Source: an uncultured Candidatus Saccharibacteria bacterium
Lineage (GTDB): Bacteria; Patescibacteriota; Minisyncoccia; Minisyncoccales; Staskawiczbacteraceae
DNA: 48,062 nucleotides
NCBI GenBank assembly: GCA_964592355.1
Contig: CAZQBZ010000001.1
Span: 1 to 48,062, forward strand
Direction of reading: 5' to 3'
Positions 36,070 through 44,072 of this stretch are shown piece after piece. Both the position numbers and the translations under genes were made by a program. The notes under the pieces were generated by a model. The model worked only from the letters and a program-made list of their open reading frames with translations. It did no database searches and was not told the DNA's origin. Position 1 is the stretch's first letter, and each line of letters opens with the position of its first letter.

Positions 36070-37090
36070 AGACGTAATTCAAAAATACAATTACGAACTG
36101 CCCGAAAAATTGATTGCCCAAAAACCCGCCTCTCCTCGCGACGAGGCGCGTCTTTTAATATATAACAGGACGGAAGATAAGGTTTATTGCGATAAATTTT
36201 TGAATATTGCGAAATATTTACCCAAAAACGCGGTTTTGGTTTTTAACGAAACAAAAGTTTTGCCCGCAAGATTGAATTTAAAAAAAGAAACAGGAGGAAA
36301 AGTTGAAATTTTGTATTTAAAAACCAGGGGAGGCCTGTTGGAAGTTTTGGCTGACAGAAAATTAAATGTCTGCGCAAAAATATTGTTAAATAAAAACATT
36401 GTTTTTGAAGTTGCGGCCCGCGACCAAAAGATTTATTTGTTAAAACCCTTGTTTGATGTCAAAAAAATCGATGCAGTTTTAGAAAAATATGGAGTGGCTC
36501 CGATTCCGCCATATATAAAACATTCACCTCTTTCAAAGGGTCAGTTAAAACAGCAATATCAGACAATTTTTGCAAAGCATTCTGGTTCTGTTGCTGCCCC
36601 CACGGCAAGTTTGCATTTTACGAAAAGAGTTTTGGCAAGCCTCAAAAAGGCGAAAATTAACGTAAAATTTGTTACTTTGCACGTTGGGCTTGGCACTTTT
36701 TCCCCATTGACCCAAGAAAATTTAGAAACTAAAAAGCTTCACTCTGAATTTTATAATATAAACAAAAAAACCGCGGAATTCCTGAATAAATCAAAGCATC
36801 AGGGCAAGCCAATTATCGCTGTTGGCACAACTGTTGCCAGAACACTGGAGGCTGCATCCAAAAATGGCCAAATTAAAAATTTGTCAGGTCAAACCGATAT
36901 TTTTATTTCAGAAGGGTACAAATTTGGTTTCATTGATGGAATGGTCACCAATTTCCATGTGCCCAAATCCAGTCTCTTGATGTTGGTTGCGGCGCTTGTC
37001 GGCAGGGAAAAAATTATGGAGATTTATAAATTTGCCATTGCTAAAAAATTTAAGTTTTATTCTTTTGGCGACGGGATGCTGATAATATAG
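36056..37090 (+). CDS. queA: S-adenosylmethionine:tRNA ribosyltransferase-isomerase
   Basis: YNYELPEKLIAQKPASPRDEARLL, AAPTASLHFT, LHVGLGTF, AVGTTVARTLE and FYSFGDGMLI. Confidence 0.92.
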   Translation: MEKFEDVIQKYNYELPEKLIAQKPASPRDEARLLIYNRTEDKVYCDKFLNIAKYLPKNAVLVFNETKVLPARLNLKKETGGKVEILYLKTRGGLLEVLADRKLNVCAKILLNKNIVFEVAARDQKIYLLKPLFDVKKIDAVLEKYGVAPIPPYIKHSPLSKGQLKQQYQTIFAKHSGSVAAPTASLHFTKRVLASLKKAKINVKFVTLHVGLGTFSPLTQENLETKKLHSEFYNINKKTAEFLNKSKHQGKPIIAVGTTVARTLEAASKNGQIKNLSGQTDIFISEGYKFGFIDGMVTNFHVPKSSLLMLVAALVGREKIMEIYKFAIAKKFKFYSFGDGMLII

Positions 37091-37091
37091 T

Positions 37092-37234
37092 CGCTCGGCC
37101 ATTGCCTTTGCAAATTGACGGGATAATTTTTGCCAGCGCAAAAATTTCCCTCAGAACTCGCCCCGCCAGTCGCCCTTCGGGCGACACCGTGCTGGCGGGG
37201 CTCCGTTATGCATTTGCAAAGGCAAGGCCTCGCT
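37092..37234 (+). repeat. type-B MITE-like palindromic repeat element, copy B2 (complete)
   Basis: Termini are CGCTCGGCCATTGCCTTTGCAAAT ... ATTTGCAAAGGCAAGGCCTCGCT, with internal nested hairpins. Starts 1 nt after the queA stop. Confidence 0.88.
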
Positions 37235-37251
37235 TGTTATAAAATTATCGT

Positions 37252-37797
37252 ATGGTAAAGCCGAAAATATTAGTTCATATTTGCTGCGCTATTTGCGCTG
37301 TGGCGCTTATAGAAAAGCTGAAACAAGATTTTGAGCCTGTTTTGTTTTATTACAACCCAAACATTTATCCCGAAGATGAATATGAAAAAAGAATGCAGTC
37401 GGTTGTGAAAATGGCGGAAATTTACAGTGTGGAATTTTTTGAGGCAAGTTATGAGCCGGAAATATGGCAGAAGAAAATAAAAGGAAAAGAAGATGATCCG
37501 GAAAGGGGAGCCAGGTGTTATGATTGTTTTGAAATGAGATTGCAAAAGACTGCCAAGCTGGCAGAAGAGCAGGGTATAGGGATTTTTACAACTTCTTTAT
37601 TTGTTAGCCCGTTCAAAGACGAAAAACAGGTGGATTTGGCCGGAAAAAACATTGCTAAGGCCGAAAATATAAAATATTTGGCAATGGCGGATATTTTGGA
37701 AAATAAAAGCGAAAACTGGAAAAAGACGCGAGAGCTTGCAAAAAGGCATAATTTCTTTTTTCAAAAATATTGCGGTTGCAAATTTAGCATATGGTAA
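37252..37797 (+). CDS. queH: epoxyqueuosine reductase QueH (DUF208)
   Basis: ILVHICCAICA, FYYNPNIYPEDEY, RCYDCFEMRL, FTTSLFVSPFKD and the CGC tail. Confidence 0.88.
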   Translation: MVKPKILVHICCAICAVALIEKLKQDFEPVLFYYNPNIYPEDEYEKRMQSVVKMAEIYSVEFFEASYEPEIWQKKIKGKEDDPERGARCYDCFEMRLQKTAKLAEEQGIGIFTTSLFVSPFKDEKQVDLAGKNIAKAENIKYLAMADILENKSENWKKTRELAKRHNFFFQKYCGCKFSIW

Positions 37798-37809
37798 TAT
37801 AATAAAGGT

Positions 37810-38100
37810 ATGAGAGGAAAACTTAAAAAAATTCAAGAAGAGCAAGAGAGGCTGGCCAGGGAAGTGCAGGTTAAGGTTATAGGTTATTTGCTTACGGCAT
37901 TGGGATTTGTAGCGGGTCTTGCGATGAATGACGCAATAAAATCAACAATAGAATACCTTTTTCCGCTTTCCGGCAACTCGGTGGTGGCAAAATTAATATA
38001 TGCGATACTGCTGACAATGGTAATAGCCGCAATAAGCGTATGGTTGATAAGGATATCAGAAAGAATTGAAGGAAAAAACAAAGATGAAAAAGCCGCTTGA
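37810..38100 (+). CDS. small membrane protein (DUF5654-like)
   Basis: 96 aa with two TM segments and ALGFVAGLAMNDAIKSTIEYLFP. Confidence 0.55.
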   Translation: MRGKLKKIQEEQERLAREVQVKVIGYLLTALGFVAGLAMNDAIKSTIEYLFPLSGNSVVAKLIYAILLTMVIAAISVWLIRISERIEGKNKDEKAA

Positions 38101-38226
38101 TAGAGCGGTTTTTTGTTGTGGATAAGTGCCAGTTGACCGATGTTTTTTAGGGGAGTAAAATTAAATCCCACGAAGAAAAAAATATTTTTATATAATTAAA
38201 TATCCGCGTTACGGCGGAAAAAAAAT

Positions 38227-38520
38227 ATGGAAAAAGAAAAACAAAATTTTTGCCACGATTGCGGCAAAATAATAGAAATGGAAGGAGAAGAAATTAAAAA
38301 CGGGGTTTTTTTGTCCTATGACAACGCAGGCGAGAAAATCCATGTGTTCAAATGCAGTGACTGCTATGACACGAACAAAGCTTTGACCAATTTCCAGCCC
38401 TGCGAGGTTTATAGCAGAGTTGTGGGCTATATCAGGCCCGTGCAGCAATGGCACAAAGGCAAAAAGCAGGAATTTGAAGAGAGAAAAGAGTTTGTAGTTA
38501 AAAACGAAGGCTGTTGCTAA
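38227..38520 (+). CDS. stand-alone NrdD C-terminal-like protein (Zn ribbon + glycyl-radical-type motif)
   Basis: CHDCG...CSDC followed by EVYSRVVGYIRPVQQWHKGKKQEFEERK. This matches the C-terminal RV.GY......WN.GK..E...R glycyl-radical segment of class III ribonucleotide reductase. Only 97 aa. Confidence 0.7.
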   Translation: MEKEKQNFCHDCGKIIEMEGEEIKNGVFLSYDNAGEKIHVFKCSDCYDTNKALTNFQPCEVYSRVVGYIRPVQQWHKGKKQEFEERKEFVVKNEGCC

Positions 38521-38545
38521 GTTTTTTTGACCGAATAATTTAAAG

Positions 38546-38688
38546 GCGAGGCAATAGGTTTGAAAGTGGCTTCGCAGCCCTGGCGGCTGGTTCCCCGAGC
38601 CATTTTGGCGAGGGGCGCCAGGAGCGAGGACCTGAGCGAACTCCGCGCTGGCGGAGTGAGCGTACACTTTTAAAGCTGTTGCCGAGCG
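38546..38688 (-). repeat. type-A MITE-like palindromic repeat element, copy A3 (inverted orientation)
   Basis: The reverse complement reads ..CGCTCGGCAACAGCTTTAAAAGTG...CCACTTTCAAACCTATTGCCTCGCC, and its core is nearly identical to A2. Confidence 0.88.
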
Positions 38689-38701
38689 TCTATTTTAAAA
38701 C

Positions 38702-39310
38702 ATGGAAAAATATATTTTGCCCGAGTTGCCGTTTGGTTATAAAGATTTGGAGCCATATATTACAGAAGAAACTTTGCGTTATCATCACGATAAGCATCAC
38801 CAGGCATATGTTAACAATTTAAACACCGCGGTGGACAAGCACCCCGAACTTTTTGAAAAATCTGTTGAAGAATTGCTGACAAATTTAGATGTTGTGCCAG
38901 AGGACATTCGCCAGGCCGTAAAAAATAATGGCGGGGGAGTTGCCAACCACACATTGTATTGGAATAGCATGGCAAAGGGCTCAGGCCAGCCTGTTGGCGA
39001 ATTGGCCGGTGCGATTAATAAAACTTTTGGCAGCTTTGAAGATTTTAAGCAAAAATTTGAGGAAGAAGGCTTAAAAAGATTTGGCTCAGGCTGGGTGTGG
39101 CTGGTGAAAAATGATTCGGGTGAGTTGGAGATTTTATCAACCGCAAATCAAGACACTCCTTTGTCGGATGGAAAAATTCCAATTTTGTTGAACGATGTTT
39201 GGGAGCATGCCTATTATTTGCAATATAAAAATCTGCGGGCAGACTATTTAAAAGCCTGGTGGAATATAGTAAACTGGCAAGAAGCCGAAAAAAGGTATAT
39301 AAATAAGTAA
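38702..39310 (+). CDS. sodA: Fe/Mn superoxide dismutase
   Basis: LPELPFGYKDLEPYI, HHDKHHQAYV and DVWEHAYYL. Confidence 0.95.
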   Translation: MEKYILPELPFGYKDLEPYITEETLRYHHDKHHQAYVNNLNTAVDKHPELFEKSVEELLTNLDVVPEDIRQAVKNNGGGVANHTLYWNSMAKGSGQPVGELAGAINKTFGSFEDFKQKFEEEGLKRFGSGWVWLVKNDSGELEILSTANQDTPLSDGKIPILLNDVWEHAYYLQYKNLRADYLKAWWNIVNWQEAEKRYINK

Positions 39311-39311
39311 T

Positions 39312-39974
39312 ATGATTACACTTGAAAAGGTAAGAAGCAATCCGCAAATTTTGAATTTTATAAAACAGGCCGACACCTCAATGATGGCCTTAGAATACAC
39401 GAATCATGGGTTAAGGCATGTTAACTTGGTGGCGGAAAGGGCCAAGCAAATCGCCAAAACTTTGGGCCTGTCAAAAGAAGACCAGGAATTAGCGGCTATT
39501 TCCGGATTTTGTCATGATTTGGGAAATTTTATGACCCGCACATACCACCACTATTTTGCGGCTTTAATATTTCATCAGATTTTTCAAAATGAGGCAGAAC
39601 CCCAAGAAGTTTCAACAATAATGCAAGCCATCGCCAATCACGACAAGCAGGAAATGGAGTTTACCACTGCTGTTTCAGCTATTTTGGTGCTTGCCGACAA
39701 ATCCGACGTTGACAGATCAAGGGTAGCCGAATCAAGCCTTGAAAAGATAAAACTGGATATTCATGACAGGGTAAACTATGCAACAACAGAAAGCAGAATC
39801 AAGATAGACAACGCAAAGAAAAGGATTACTTTGGTTTTGAAAATCGATACCAATTTTTGTCCCATTATGGAGTATTTTGAGATTTTTACCGAAAGGATGG
39901 TATTTTGCAGGCAAGCAGCCGAATTTTTGGGTTACCAGTTCGGAATTGTGATAAACAAGGTCAGGCTCCTTTAA
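39312..39974 (+). CDS. HD domain phosphohydrolase
   Basis: HGLRHVNLVAERA...GFCHDLGN (H...HD). 220 aa. Confidence 0.7.
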   Translation: MITLEKVRSNPQILNFIKQADTSMMALEYTNHGLRHVNLVAERAKQIAKTLGLSKEDQELAAISGFCHDLGNFMTRTYHHYFAALIFHQIFQNEAEPQEVSTIMQAIANHDKQEMEFTTAVSAILVLADKSDVDRSRVAESSLEKIKLDIHDRVNYATTESRIKIDNAKKRITLVLKIDTNFCPIMEYFEIFTERMVFCRQAAEFLGYQFGIVINKVRLL

Positions 39975-40004
39975 TTTTGTAATGCTTTTCGCTTAAACAT
40001 TGAT

Positions 40005-40460
40005 ATGAAAGATTTTTATGTGATTTGCGATAGCATTCGCAGCTTGGAAAATATAGGGTCGATTTTTAGAACGGCTGACGCATTAGGGGTGACAAAAATA
40101 TATCTTTGCGGAATATGCGGAACTCCGCCAAACCCAAAAATTTCAAAAACGGCCCTTGGCGCCGAAAAGAATGTTCCCTGGGAATATGTAAAACAAACAG
40201 GCAGATTGATAGATAAATTAAAAAAGCAGGGAATTGAGGTTGTGGCACTGGAGCAGGCCGAAGGTTCAATTGATTACGCAAAATATAGGCCCAAATTTCC
40301 GGTTGCCCTGATTGTTGGCAATGAAGTAAAAGGAATTTCTCCCAAGATCTTGCAAAAATGCGATAAAGTAATAGAATTGCCAATGTCGGGAAAAAAAGAA
40401 AGCCTAAATGTGTCAGTGGCTTTTGGGGTTGCTGGCTACGAAATTGTTAAGAGTAAATAA
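40005..40460 (+). CDS. SpoU/TrmH family RNA 2'-O-methyltransferase
   Basis: NIGSIFRTADALG, ALIVGNEVKGIS and IELPMSGKKESLNVSVAFGV. Confidence 0.88.
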   Translation: MKDFYVICDSIRSLENIGSIFRTADALGVTKIYLCGICGTPPNPKISKTALGAEKNVPWEYVKQTGRLIDKLKKQGIEVVALEQAEGSIDYAKYRPKFPVALIVGNEVKGISPKILQKCDKVIELPMSGKKESLNVSVAFGVAGYEIVKSK

Positions 40461-40496
40461 TATCGCTACGCTAAGTAAAATTAAAAACAAATTAAT

Positions 40497-40723
40497 ATGA
40501 TAAAAGTAGAAGATTTACAGGGGCTTGCAGATGTTTTGAATGATCCGGTTTATATGTCAATTTATTTGGCTGGAGTATAATCTGGAAAGGTTTTGCCCTT
40601 TGGAAAGCGGCCCAAAACGAAAGCAAACCTTGGTTCATTGTGATGCTCGTGGTAAACACAGTCGGAATTCTGGAAATATTATACGTTTTTGTCTTTTCAA
40701 AGAAAAAAGAATCAGAAAAATAA
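40497..40723 (+). pseudogene. DUF5652-like small membrane protein gene with an apparent -1 frameshift near 40577
   Basis: Frame 0 reads MIKVEDLQGLADVLNDPVYMSIYLAGV and then hits TAA at 40578. The -1 frame continues from 40577 as IIWKGFALWKAAQNESKPWFIVMLVVNTVGILEILYVFVFSKKKESEK, the DUF5652 core (WKG.ALWKAA....WF....NT.GILEI.Y), but has no start codon of its own. Confidence 0.55.
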
Positions 40724-40727
40724 TCTG

Positions 40728-40756
40728 TTGACAAGATAAAATTATTTTGATAAATT
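40728..40756 (+). promoter_or_regulatory. candidate sigma-70 promoter for the Rrf2-nifS-nifU-mnmA operon
   Basis: TTGACA (40728-40733), a 17-nt spacer, then TAAATT (40751-40756). It is followed by the inverted repeat AAACAGAC-GGAATTA-GTCTGTTT directly before the ATG. Confidence 0.35.
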
Positions 40757-40785
40757 AAAAACAGACGGAATTAGTCTGTTTTTAA

Positions 40786-41169
40786 ATGCAAATATCAAAG
40801 AAAACACAATATGGAATGAGGGCAATGGTTTTTTTGGCAAAAAAATATAAGTCAAAAAAATTGTCTTCGCTTAAAGAAATCTCAGAAAAAGAGAACATTC
40901 CTTTTTCGTTCTTGGAAAAAATAGTTGCGGACTTAGAAAAGGCCAAATTAGCAAAGGGTAAAAAGGGGATTGGCGGGGGGTATGTTTTAACGAAAACGCC
41001 TCAAAAAATCACTGCTTTTGATATTGTAAGAGTTTTAGAAGAAACCCAGTCTGTTAACTGCGCGCTATGCGGACAAAAATCAAAATGCGCCTCAAAAAAC
41101 GTGTGGTCAAAGGTCAATACGGCGATTGAAAAAGCCTTAAAATCAGTTAAATTATCAAGCCTTATATAG
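40786..41169 (+). CDS. Rrf2 family transcriptional regulator (IscR/NsrR-like)
   Basis: The MQISKKTQYGMRAMVFLA... winged-helix N-terminus and GGGYVLTK are present. C-terminal Cys residues occur as CALCGQKSKC. Confidence 0.88.
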   Translation: MQISKKTQYGMRAMVFLAKKYKSKKLSSLKEISEKENIPFSFLEKIVADLEKAKLAKGKKGIGGGYVLTKTPQKITAFDIVRVLEETQSVNCALCGQKSKCASKNVWSKVNTAIEKALKSVKLSSLI

Positions 41170-41187
41170 GAGCTTGGCCGATATAAC

Positions 41188-42327
41188 ATGAAAAGAATAT
41201 ATTTAGATTATGCAGCTACGACACCGATAGACAAAATGGTTGCAAAGGCCATGCAGGATTCGCCATGGGGCAATACGATGTCTTTGCACTCTTTCGGCCA
41301 GGAAGCGAAGCTCGCGTTGGAAAACAGCAGGCAGATTTTTGCCGATGCGATAAATGCCAATGCAAATGAGATTGTTTTTACGGGCTCAGCTACGGAAAGC
41401 AATAATACAGCTTTAAAAGGTGTGGCCTTCGCCAAAAAATCGGGCCACATAATCATTTCTTCGATAGAACATCCGTGCATTGTAGAATCAGCCAAATGGC
41501 TTAAAAAGCAGGGTTTTGAAATCACAGAGTTGTCGGTTGATAGTTTGGGCAGAATTAATCCTCAGGACGTGGCAAATGCAATAAAGCCAGAGACGATTTT
41601 GGTGTCTGTAATACATGCAAACAATGAAATCGGCACAATTCAGGATATTGCCCAAATTGGAAAAATTTGCCGCAATAAAAATGTTTTATTTCACACAGAT
41701 GCCTCTCAAAGCTTTGGAAAAGTGACCATTGATGTTGAAAAGATGAACATAGACTTGCTTACAGCCTCTTCACATAAAATTTACGGGCCAAAAGGGGCAG
41801 GGCTTTTGTACGCGAGAAAGGGAATTGTTTTGACGCCATTGTTGCACGGAGGCGGCCAGGAAAACGGGCTTCGCGGTTCCACTGTTAATTTATCGGCAAT
41901 CGTCGGATTTGCCAAGGCCTGCGAAATTTGCCAAAAGGAAATGAAAAAAGAGGCGAGAAGGCAGATATCTTTGAGAAATAAACTGATAAAAGGAGTTTTG
42001 AAGATAGAAAATTCATATTTAAACGGCCATCCGACAGAAAGATTACCCAATAATGCCAATTTCAGATTTGATTTTGTGGAGGGCGAAAGCTTGCTGATGC
42101 AGCTTGATATGGAAGATATTGCTTGCTCAACCGGATCGGCCTGCTCGTCATTCAAGCTTGAACCCAGTCATGTTTTGCTGGCAACCGGCTTAAAACCAGA
42201 GCAGTGCCATGGAAGCCTGCGCGTTTCGATAGGAAGATTCACTACCCAAAAGGATATAGATAAAATAATCAAAGTTTTGCCAAAGATCGTGGGAAAAATA
42301 AGGGCAATTTCACCGTATGGGAAATAA
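41188..42327 (+). CDS. nifS: cysteine desulfurase (NifS/IscS type)
   Basis: IYLDYAATTP, SSHKIYGPKG (PLP Lys) and CSTGSACSS (active Cys). Confidence 0.93.
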   Translation: MKRIYLDYAATTPIDKMVAKAMQDSPWGNTMSLHSFGQEAKLALENSRQIFADAINANANEIVFTGSATESNNTALKGVAFAKKSGHIIISSIEHPCIVESAKWLKKQGFEITELSVDSLGRINPQDVANAIKPETILVSVIHANNEIGTIQDIAQIGKICRNKNVLFHTDASQSFGKVTIDVEKMNIDLLTASSHKIYGPKGAGLLYARKGIVLTPLLHGGGQENGLRGSTVNLSAIVGFAKACEICQKEMKKEARRQISLRNKLIKGVLKIENSYLNGHPTERLPNNANFRFDFVEGESLLMQLDMEDIACSTGSACSSFKLEPSHVLLATGLKPEQCHGSLRVSIGRFTTQKDIDKIIKVLPKIVGKIRAISPYGK

Positions 42328-42363
42328 ATCCATACCCTACAGATTTGAAGATGTGATTTCGTT

Positions 42364-42539
42364 ATATATATTTGCATCTACCGATAGTCGTTTTGCCCAG
42401 CGGCAAAACGCTATCTGCATTCTCGGCAATTTGCTCCTCGCCCGCGGGCGAGGAGACCATGCCAAATTGCCTGCGAAAGCTAGATCCAAATATATATAGC
42501 GAAATCTAATAAAACCATTTTCAAACCTATCGCCTCGCT
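42364..42539. repeat. type-E palindromic repeat (42364-42498) followed by a solo type-A right terminus (42516-42539)
   Basis: Terminal inverted repeat TATATATATTTGCATCTA ... TAGATCCAAATATATATA, with internal hairpins GTTTTGCC-CAG-CGGCAAAAC and CTCCTCGCC-CGC-GGGCGAGGAG. After it, CCATTTTCAAACCTATCGCCTCGCT matches the type-A right end. Confidence 0.7.
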
Positions 42540-42554
42540 ATTAAATTTAAAAAC

Positions 42555-43040
42555 ATGAAAACAAAAACACCAAAAACCTGTGCGGCATTATACACCCCAA
42601 AAGTAATGGAGGCTTTTAAAAATCCGCATAATTACGGAAAGATAAAAAATCCATCAGGCATCGGCAAGGTGGGAAATTTGGTTTGCGGCGATGTAATGTG
42701 GCTGTACATAAAAGTTGACGAAAAAGAGAAAATAACAGACATAAAGTTTGAAACTTTTGGTTGCGTGGCCGCAATTGCCACCAGCTCAATGATTACAGAT
42801 TTGGCAAAAGGCAAGACAATAACACAGGCCTTAAAGCTCAAAAAAGACGACATTATCAAAAAACTCGGGGGGCTGCCATCTATAAAATACCATTGCTCAG
42901 TGTTGGCAATAGACGCCTTGGTTGAGGCTGTTTACGACTATTATTTAAGCCAGGGAAAGGATTTTCCGGAAGGGTTGCAGGAAAAGCACAAAGTCATTGC
43001 CAAAGAAAAAGAAATGGCAGAGAAAACATTTGAAGATTAA
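42555..43040 (+). CDS. nifU: Fe-S cluster assembly scaffold (NifU/IscU type)
   Basis: CGDVMWLYI, FGCVAAIATSS and HCSVLAIDAL (three ligand Cys). Confidence 0.92.
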   Translation: MKTKTPKTCAALYTPKVMEAFKNPHNYGKIKNPSGIGKVGNLVCGDVMWLYIKVDEKEKITDIKFETFGCVAAIATSSMITDLAKGKTITQALKLKKDDIIKKLGGLPSIKYHCSVLAIDALVEAVYDYYLSQGKDFPEGLQEKHKVIAKEKEMAEKTFED

Positions 43041-44069
43041 ATGAAAAAAGATAATTCCAAAATCAAAGTGGTTTGTGCTATGTCCGGCGGAGTGGACAGT
43101 TCGGTTTCGGCGGCCTTGTTAAAGCAAGCCGGCTTTGATGTTGTGGGAGTTATGGCAAAGTTTTGGAAAGATGGCCAAAGCTCGGCAGAAAACAGGTGCT
43201 GCTCAATAGAAAGCGAAAAGCTTGCCAGGCTTGTTTGCCACCAGCTTGGAATTCCATTTTATGTCGTTAATTTGGAAAGAGAATTTAAAAAAGCGGTTGT
43301 TGATGATTTTTTGGCGCAATATAAGAAAGGGGCTACGCCAAACCCGTGTGTTGTGTGCAATAAAGAAATAAAATTCGGCCTTTTGCTTAAAAAAGCCGAA
43401 AAAATGGGAGCTGATTTTTTGGCGACAGGGCATTATGTCAGGATAGAAAACGGAAAAATGATGAAGGGAAAAGATAAGGCAAAAGACCAGAGCTATTTTT
43501 TATGGCAGTTAGATAAAAGCCATCTTAAAAAGATTTTGTTTCCCGTCGGAGGATATGCAAAGGCCGAGGTTCGCCAGCTGGCAAAAGAATTTGATTTGCC
43601 GGTTGCAGAGACGCCGGAATCTCAGGAGGTTTGCTTTGTGCCGGATATCACAAATAATTTTTTGGCAAAATATTTAAAGCAGAAACCGGGAAAAATTATT
43701 GATAAAACCGGCAAGGTTATGGGTTCTCATCAGGGGCTGTGGTTTTATACGATAGGGCAGAGAAAGGGGCTTGAATTGTCGCAGGGGCCATGGTTCGTTG
43801 TTGCCAAGGACTTTAAGAAAAATGTCTTGGTTGTGTCAAAGAATAAAAAAGATTTGTATAGCAAAGAGTTAAAAATAAAGAATACAAACTGGATTGGTAA
43901 AAAATCGGCCTCCGTGGATGTTAAAATAAGATACAAAAGCGGGTTTGCAAAGGCTAAAATATCAGGGAATAAAATTATTTTTCGGGCTCGTCAGCTGGCA
44001 ATTACTCCTGGACAATCGGCCGTATTATACAAGGGAAATGAATTGCTTGGCGGGGGAATAATAGAGTGA
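43041..44069 (+). CDS. mnmA: tRNA 2-thiouridine(34) synthase
   Basis: PP-loop VVCAMSGGVDSS, NPCVVCNKEIKF, ATGHY and DQSYFL. Confidence 0.95.
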   Translation: MKKDNSKIKVVCAMSGGVDSSVSAALLKQAGFDVVGVMAKFWKDGQSSAENRCCSIESEKLARLVCHQLGIPFYVVNLEREFKKAVVDDFLAQYKKGATPNPCVVCNKEIKFGLLLKKAEKMGADFLATGHYVRIENGKMMKGKDKAKDQSYFLWQLDKSHLKKILFPVGGYAKAEVRQLAKEFDLPVAETPESQEVCFVPDITNNFLAKYLKQKPGKIIDKTGKVMGSHQGLWFYTIGQRKGLELSQGPWFVVAKDFKKNVLVVSKNKKDLYSKELKIKNTNWIGKKSASVDVKIRYKSGFAKAKISGNKIIFRARQLAITPGQSAVLYKGNELLGGGIIE

Positions 44070-44072
44070 TAT

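Noticed and set aside
38209-38667. 152-aa minus-strand ORF, plus the similar ORFs 34711-34914 (-), 30227-30409 (+) and 42317-42499 (+)
   Set aside because: All are read-throughs of the GC-rich repeat elements, and the first is also antisense to the NrdD-like gene. Their similarity to one another is explained by the DNA repeats, not by a protein family.
40540-40731. 63-aa track ORF MIRFICQFIW...
   Set aside because: It has an implausible Cys/Arg-rich sequence. The overlapping alternative frames encode a recognisable DUF5652-like protein, with a frameshift.
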